Source: Octopus sinensis (Eukaryota). From it: a stretch of 64,000 nucleotides of DNA. Position numbers and translations under genes: made by a program. Below are positions 60,138 through 64,000 of the stretch, piece after piece (within the stretch, counting starts at the first letter, position 1; each line of letters starts with the position of its first letter). The stretch spans positions 33,852,001 through 33,916,000 of the forward strand of contig NC_043009.1 of NCBI RefSeq assembly GCF_006345805.1. Reading direction: 5' to 3'. Below the pieces are notes generated by a model. That model had not been told where the DNA came from. It saw nothing but the letters and a program-made list of their open reading frames with translations, and did not search any database.

Positions 60138-61523
60138 CACATATAAAATAATAATCAAAGACATTACCACCCCATATTTTTAGGGGTATGTAGGACTATG
60201 TGATCTAATATGTCCCTTCTTTAAGGTGATAGGATATGCTTTTAAGAAGACTTAGCCACAATTTTTGCTAGGCCAAATAGTAATGTGGAGGTTCTCTTGC
60301 TGGCTTGGCTCCCTCATGTGCTGTAAATTAAGGTGAAGAATCTTCTTTTTACTATCTGTCTACTAGTGCACATTTCTCAAGTTTAAAGTGAAATACTAAG
60401 TCAGAAGAAATCAGTGATGGGCCGAGTTGGCAAAAATGATAATAATGTTTGGTTATAGTGTTAGTCAGTTGAGAGAAAGGCAGAAAATAATCATCAAATT
60501 GGTTGAGTTGGCCTGAAAGTTTGCAAAAGAGTGAACTCTGTTAAAGACATTTAAGGGCCAGGTAGTAATGCTAAAGAAGACAATGCATTAAATATGCCAC
60601 TCAAGAACAGGAATAAAACCTCCACTGCTTTTTCACTAGTTTCCATTTACTAATTTCACACACAAGTAAAAACAAGAAAGGTGTGTGTGAGAGAGAGAGC
60701 GGGAGAGAGAGAGAGAGTGTGTGTGTGTGTGTGTGTTATACAAAATAACAAAAGTCTTTCATTAGATGACTCCTTCTTGTAAGAAGCCCATTCTTGAAAT
60801 AAAATTATCAGTTCTTCACAGCATACAACCTTTGCAACATTTTGTAAATTTTGTAGTTAATTCTATCTCAGTATTTTTATGCATATAAATAAGATGGAAT
60901 TCCCATTACTGAAACACCTATCATCATAAGCCTGTTAACCCTTTCGTTACCAACCCGGCTGAAACTGGCTCTGGCTTTGTAGAACAAATATCTTCTTTTC
61001 ATAAGTTTTGAATTAAAATCTTCCACCAAACCTTAGACACAATTACTGTTCCTAACACTAGCTTAATGATAACTAAGTTATTTTACAAAATTCTTTGTTA
61101 TATTTAAAGTAATTGAGAGAAACACAGAGCATCTCAAAATAAATACAGTAACGAAAGGGTTAAATCAGAGTTGGTCTGAAAAAAATTTACAATAAAAGAC
61201 AATGAAGGAAGACAAGGATGTCAGCAACAATAACAACAATTTTTTGACATACCTAGATGGCCTAGTCAATGAAGAACCAACTCCTGAATCAAGCCTTTCT
61301 CTGGACATGACAGGTTCACTCTCCACATCACTGTCACTTGAACTTGTCAACTCAGTATTCATAACTTTGGAACTTTCTTTAGCATCACTTTCTACAGTCA
61401 TCACATTTGGTTTATCTTCTAGAAGTAGCTGGCTATCAATTTCTGCTTGTTCATTTTCTACAGTGCCTTCAAGATTGTCTAGGCTCTTCAAATCTTTTAA
61501 TAAAGAGATTTCCGTTTCCAAAT
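34087..61523 (-). CDS. STARD13: DLC/STARD13-family RhoGAP + START domain protein (crossveinless-c orthologue), 3' ten exons; 5' part not found in window
   Basis: Exons 61253-61523, 57469-57890, 55504-55629, 52886-53016, 44596-44784, 40461-40595, 39091-39248, 38711-38836, 36349-36522 and 34087-34201 all have AG/GT ends and matching phases (1847 nt). Family motifs: [42 protein letters not shown], arginine finger [63 protein letters not shown] motifs LWDEDL and [16 protein letters not shown]-terminus GPETKL*. Confidence 0.97.
34733..35390 (-). mobile_element. Two family-A SINEs (34733-35144 full length; 35165-35390 partial)
   Basis: Family match. Confidence 0.92.
35638..36115. repeat. Compound (AT)n/(ATAC)n microsatellite
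   Basis: Direct reading. Confidence 0.97.
36349..36522 (-). CDS. STARD13: STARD13 exon (START)
   Basis: attatcag|A TCG TGG ... ACA AA|gtaagt; [21 protein letters not shown]...[21 protein letters not shown]. Confidence 0.96.
36595..38620. repeat. About 45-bp degenerate minisatellite filling the 36523-38710 intron, with internal inversions
   Basis: Unit near gaacaacagtagacagacaatgtggtacataagactgggtttatt; reversed blocks at about 37390-37590 and 38180-38270. Confidence 0.9.
36695..36927 (+). mobile_element. SINE family B, inserted in the minisatellite
   Basis: Family match. Confidence 0.92.
38711..38836 (-). CDS. STARD13: STARD13 exon (START)
   Basis: actacag|G AGT TTG TGG ... ATC AG|gtgatt; [41 protein letters not shown]. 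Confidence 0.95.
39091..39248 (-). CDS. STARD13: STARD13 exon (START)
   Basis: tttttag|GAA TGC ... GAA AG|gtaacc; [24 protein letters not shown]...[15 protein letters not shown]. Confidence 0.95.
39664..39716 (+). ncRNA. Degenerate hammerhead copy, 353 bp upstream of the intact one
   Basis: Same layout, but the core reads CTGATCA and GGAG; stem III is CTGACCGGTCAG. Confidence 0.75.
40017..40069 (+). ncRNA. Type I hammerhead ribozyme, core intact
   Basis: TCCTTA | CTGATGA | GGCAA-cagaaa-TTGCC | GAAA | CTGAC-tg-GTCAG | TA | TAAGGA: all three helices pair; predicted GUA cleavage after 40063. Confidence 0.9.
40461..40595 (-). CDS. STARD13: STARD13 exon (GAP-START linker)
   Basis: ccatttag|GTA CCA CAA ... 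TTT AAG|gtaaga; [45 protein letters not shown]; 135 nt, phase 0-0. Confidence 0.92.
40730..40938 (+). mobile_element. RTE 3' tail
   Basis: ggcacgtaaaaagca...ccaaccaatgctagcatggaaaacggacgttaaacgatgatga. Confidence 0.9.
41226..41584. mobile_element. MITE-like fold-back element
   Basis: cagtaaaaattttac...cacctgtctacaattata pairs with tataattgtagacaggtg...aaaaattttactg; outer arms ttggaacattgccca / tgggctatgttccaa. Confidence 0.8.
42187..42589 (-). mobile_element. SINE family A, full length
   Basis: Family match. Confidence 0.94.
43620..44240 (-). mobile_element. Naiad/Chlamys-type Penelope-like GIY-YIG 3' fragment
   Basis: [28 protein letters not shown]-like [34 protein letters not shown]. 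Confidence 0.88.
44596..44784 (-). CDS. STARD13: STARD13 exon (RhoGAP C-terminus)
   Basis: atgacag|ATG ACA ... TTC TCT|gtgagt; [15 protein letters not shown]...[17 protein letters not shown]. Confidence 0.96.
44838..44958 (+). mobile_element. Short (TAA)n-flanked non-LTR 3'-end fragment
   Basis: 120-bp element with an internal hairpin, (TAA)n on both sides; family assignment inferred. Confidence 0.55.
45021..47280 (+). mobile_element. R4/Dong-like element lacking RT: 5' region, N-terminal ORF, RLE, 3' UTR, (TAA)n tail
   Basis: [16 protein letters not shown]; junction near 46738; [46 protein letters not shown]. Confidence 0.85.
45495..46000 (+). repeat. Tandem duplication of about 250 bp inside the R4-like 5' region
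   Basis: tttcgaactaacacagacagagtgaacc...cctaaactgacagat occurs twice. Confidence 0.9.
47356..48420 (+). mobile_element. R4-like post-YMDD RT fragment, interrupted by a family-A SINE (47700-48090)
   Basis: [38 protein letters not shown]. Confidence 0.72.
48700..50540 (-). mobile_element. L1/Tx1-like LINE remnant, internally deleted
   Basis: [46 protein letters not shown]; homologous to 15690-15890. Confidence 0.82.
50960..51430 (+). mobile_element. RTE 3' UTR with tandem repeats of about 63 bp, and tail
   Basis: cgtaaaaagcaccatcc repeats; ccaacccatgctagcatggaaagcgg. Confidence 0.9.
51880..52040 (-). mobile_element. SINE family B, diverged
   Basis: acaaagtcagcctcagacgaatttgaactcaaaatg. Confidence 0.7.
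52886..53016 (-). CDS. STARD13: STARD13 exon (RhoGAP)
   Basis: aatctag|AT TTT CCC ... CAC AAG|gtaaga; [43 protein letters not shown]. Confidence 0.96.
53440..54620 (-). mobile_element. RTE LINE 3' portion
   Basis: [29 protein letters not shown]; CSVC/CTQC zinc motif; [11 protein letters not shown]. Confidence 0.92.
54768..55141 (+). mobile_element. Non-autonomous Helitron
   Basis: Sits between A and T; 5' TC, 3' CTAG preceded by a GC-rich subterminal hairpin remnant (cccgagcaacgccgtgc); no TSD. Confidence 0.82.
55504..55629 (-). CDS. STARD13: STARD13 exon (RhoGAP; absent from the ORF track)
   Basis: cttttag|AG ATG ... ACA C|gtgagt; [42 protein letters not shown]. Confidence 0.96.
55715..56000 (-). 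mobile_element. RTE 3' tail
   Basis: (cat)n, ctggatgcctttcctaacaccaacc. Confidence 0.82.
57469..57890 (-). CDS. STARD13: STARD13 exon (pre-GAP region and RhoGAP N-terminus with arginine finger)
   Basis: ttttaatttcag|T TTA AAG ... ACC G|gtaata; [14 protein letters not shown]...[24 protein letters not shown]. Confidence 0.96.
58407..58568 (+). mobile_element. SINE family A, 5' half
   Basis: gtggctgtgtggtaagaagtttgcttcccaaccacatg. Confidence 0.82.
59280..59480. repeat. Palindrome made of an RTE 3' end plus its flank, duplicated in inverted form
   Basis: ttccatgaactgagcc...catcatcg...atgggttggacg | cgtccaacccat...cgatgat...ggctcagttcatggaa. Confidence 0.85.
59500..59830 (+). mobile_element. 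Mariner transposase fragment
   Basis: [14 protein letters not shown]...[11 protein letters not shown]...SNFHLF. Confidence 0.78.
60939..61159. mobile_element. piggyBac-type MITE
   Basis: TTAA|CCCTTTCGTTAC...GTAACGAAAGGG|TTAA. Confidence 0.92.
61253..61523 (-). CDS. STARD13: STARD13 exon (linker, [16 protein letters not shown])
   Basis: cacacag|AT TTG GAA ... TCT AG|gtatgt; phase 1 to 2. Confidence 0.93.
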
Positions 61524-62099
61524 CTGTGTGATGAGAGAGATTGAGAGAGGAAAAAATACAAATAAAGGAAAACTAAAACAAAGCAAATGCAAAAATATAT
61601 GAAGGAACCAATTTTGCTCATCTGAATAAATTTTATATGGAAAAATTCAATTGAAATACAAAGAAATATTACAAAATATAAAAAAAGGAGAAAGGTACTA
61701 TTAATTTTTTTTGTGTGTATTAGTTAAATATCATTGTTACTCTTCCTTAGGAGGGTTATTTTTTATCAATAAAAAACACATATTGGTAATATTCTACTTC
61801 TTTTTATTACCATCTGTCAACTAGTTTTAACTAATTGTTTCAGTGTCCTTTAACCACAGTCTGTCACCTTATCAATGACATGTCCTCATTTACTAGTTGT
61901 ATCACAAACTCAATTCTCTGTGTTTTCCCCAGAGTTTCTGAATGTAAAATGCTTGCTCAGATGGTTTATAAGAAGTGGAGTTGCTACAATCACATGGATT
62001 ATGAAAATTCAAATGGATAGACATACATGCTGAATCATCAGCCATAAATGGTAAGTGAGCACAAACTTTTTGTTTCCTTTGCTTTGTCAACTCATACCC

Positions 62100-63400
62100 C
62101 ATAACTATGGAATAATTGCAATACAATCCTGGCTAGACACAACTGCTGACACACATTGAAAAAGATTTTATCATTGACAGACAAAAATTCCTTCCACAGA
62201 ACAACTATTTTAACTTCAATGGATCAGCATACCGACAAACATCAGGAACTGCAATGGGTATGAAGGAAGCCCCTACATATGCCAATTTAGTCTTGGGATT
62301 CCATGAACTATAGATTTACAATCAATCCCTTCTTCTATTCAGTGGCACATTTGATATACAACTTAAAAATAATTGGAAAAGTACCTGGATGATTGCTTTA
62401 CCTTATGGCAGGAAAACTTTGATACACTCAGGGAATTCAAAAATTTACTGACTACCTATAAACAACAAGATCCAATTCACAATGGAGTTTAACCTCAAGG
62501 AACTTGCCTTTCTAGATATTTCAATCACAAACACTAATAGGAAAATAGAAACAGACATGTTCTATAAAACCACAGACTCCAAGTAGTTCCTTCTATTCAC
62601 ATCAGGTCACCCAAAATATAAATTGAACATTCCCTTTAACCTAGCAAAGTAAATATGCACAATAATATCAGACCCATCTAAGTGTGAACAATGACTGGAT
62701 GAACTGAAGAACATACTCATCCAAAGAGCATTCCCACTAGGTTTAATCACCAATGGAATAGACAGGGCAAAAGATATTGATATCCAGGAACTAAGGAAAA
62801 CAAAAATCAAAATTAGGAAAAATATTTTACAATGTGTTAACTTTCAACCCCAGAAACATCAAAATATTTGACCACATCAACAACCTCCCAGTTGAATTTG
62901 AAGATGAAAAAATGAAACAATTCTAGAAACACACCAAATCATCAAAAACAGAATGCAGCCCAAAACACCCAAAACACTGGAACAAAAACACACAAACAAA
63001 TTTCACCTGAACTGTGACAAAATGTGGAAGAACAAATTGTGCACCTGCCCGTATCTTGAAGGACCAGAATCCAAATTTAAAGGTGGACAAACCTTTTATG
63101 TAAAAGTAAACTTCACCTGCAACTCAGAAAATTTAATCTATGTGATTATATGTGGTGGATGCCTGCAAAATTACATAGGACAGACAAGCGTTTCATTATG
63201 CAAAATAATGATGACTCACTGCCAACAGATCTGAGATGAGAATATAAGGAAATTTCCCTTAAGGAGTCACATTGCAGATAGACTTAACCAACTTTAAAAT
63301 CTTCCCTCTCTACAGTACTTAGACTCTTCCAACCAACAACACAGAATAAATAAAGAAAAGCAATTCATTAACAAATATAATCCACAATAATATGGAACAT
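62100..63400 (+). mobile_element. Penelope-like element (RT C-half + GIY-YIG), decayed, antisense to STARD13
   Basis: QTSGTAMGMKEAPTYANLVLG, YLDDC, LAFLDI, FTCNSENLIYVIICGGCLQNYIGQT. Confidence 0.92.
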
Positions 63401-63469
63401 CAACCACTAATCAATAAATAAGGATCTATAGTTTACACACACACTCATTAAGAATTCTACTATTCAATC

Positions 63470-64000
63470 CAATAAAATTTTGACACAAAAATAATTTCCT
63501 CCCCAAAACAATATATTCTTAAAAACAGAACACACACATACATGCATGCATGCACACATACACACACACAAGACATATTCCCCAAAAACAAAACACACAT
63601 ACACACCACAAAAAACGAACATACACAAAACAACATATTCCCAAAAAACAAAGCACACACACACCCCATAATAAACAAACTCACACCAAATAGCAAAGGA
63701 AAAATAATTCCTTCCAAACCCTTCAATAAAATTGTTGATCGTCCTTAAAATCCATTTAACACAACATATACACATAGCTGACCACATTCTCAATAGAAAA
63801 GGAATTTGTCAATTAATTCAATAAAATTCTTGACCCCTGCTGAAATCCATTTAACACAATATATACATATAGCTGACCATTTTCTGAATAGAAAATTTTT
63901 TAAAAATGTTTTGACACAAAAATAATTCCTTTTCCAAAACAACAAATTCCAAAAAAACTAAACACACATACATACACACCTGACTATGTCCTGAATAGAA
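63470..64000. repeat. C/A-rich degenerate tandem repeats and a duplication of about 100 bp
   Basis: caacatattcccaaaaac repeats; aatccatttaacacaa...atagctgacca occurs twice. Confidence 0.75.

Overview
AT-rich, intron- and repeat-dense animal genomic DNA. The repeat families (tRNA-head SINEs, RTE LINEs with (GAT)n tails, several Penelope-like lineages, TAA-tailed R4-like elements) resemble those of Octopus; this is an inference. I rebuilt two minus-strand protein-coding genes by hand from GT-AG boundaries with fully consistent exon phases. (1) The last ten coding exons of a DLC/STARD13-family RhoGAP+START gene (34087-61523, about 614 aa); its N-terminus is not found in the window and probably lies beyond base 64000. 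(2) A complete 7-exon CCDC169 gene (8912-25981, 234 aa) with a consensus RFX X-box beside its start codon. Most of the rest is decayed transposon DNA, microsatellite and minisatellite, and most ORFs in the supplied track are spurious. Highlights: an intact type I hammerhead ribozyme (40017-40069) in a 353-bp-spaced tandem pair with a dead sister copy (retrozyme-like), antisense inside a STARD13 intron; a Helentron remnant whose helicase continues into a USP/peptidase-C19-like domain; a minisatellite built from copies of a real splice acceptor; a head-to-tail array of TAA-tailed R4-like elements; and several long fold-back structures. All repeat coordinates were read by eye and are approximate unless termini are quoted.
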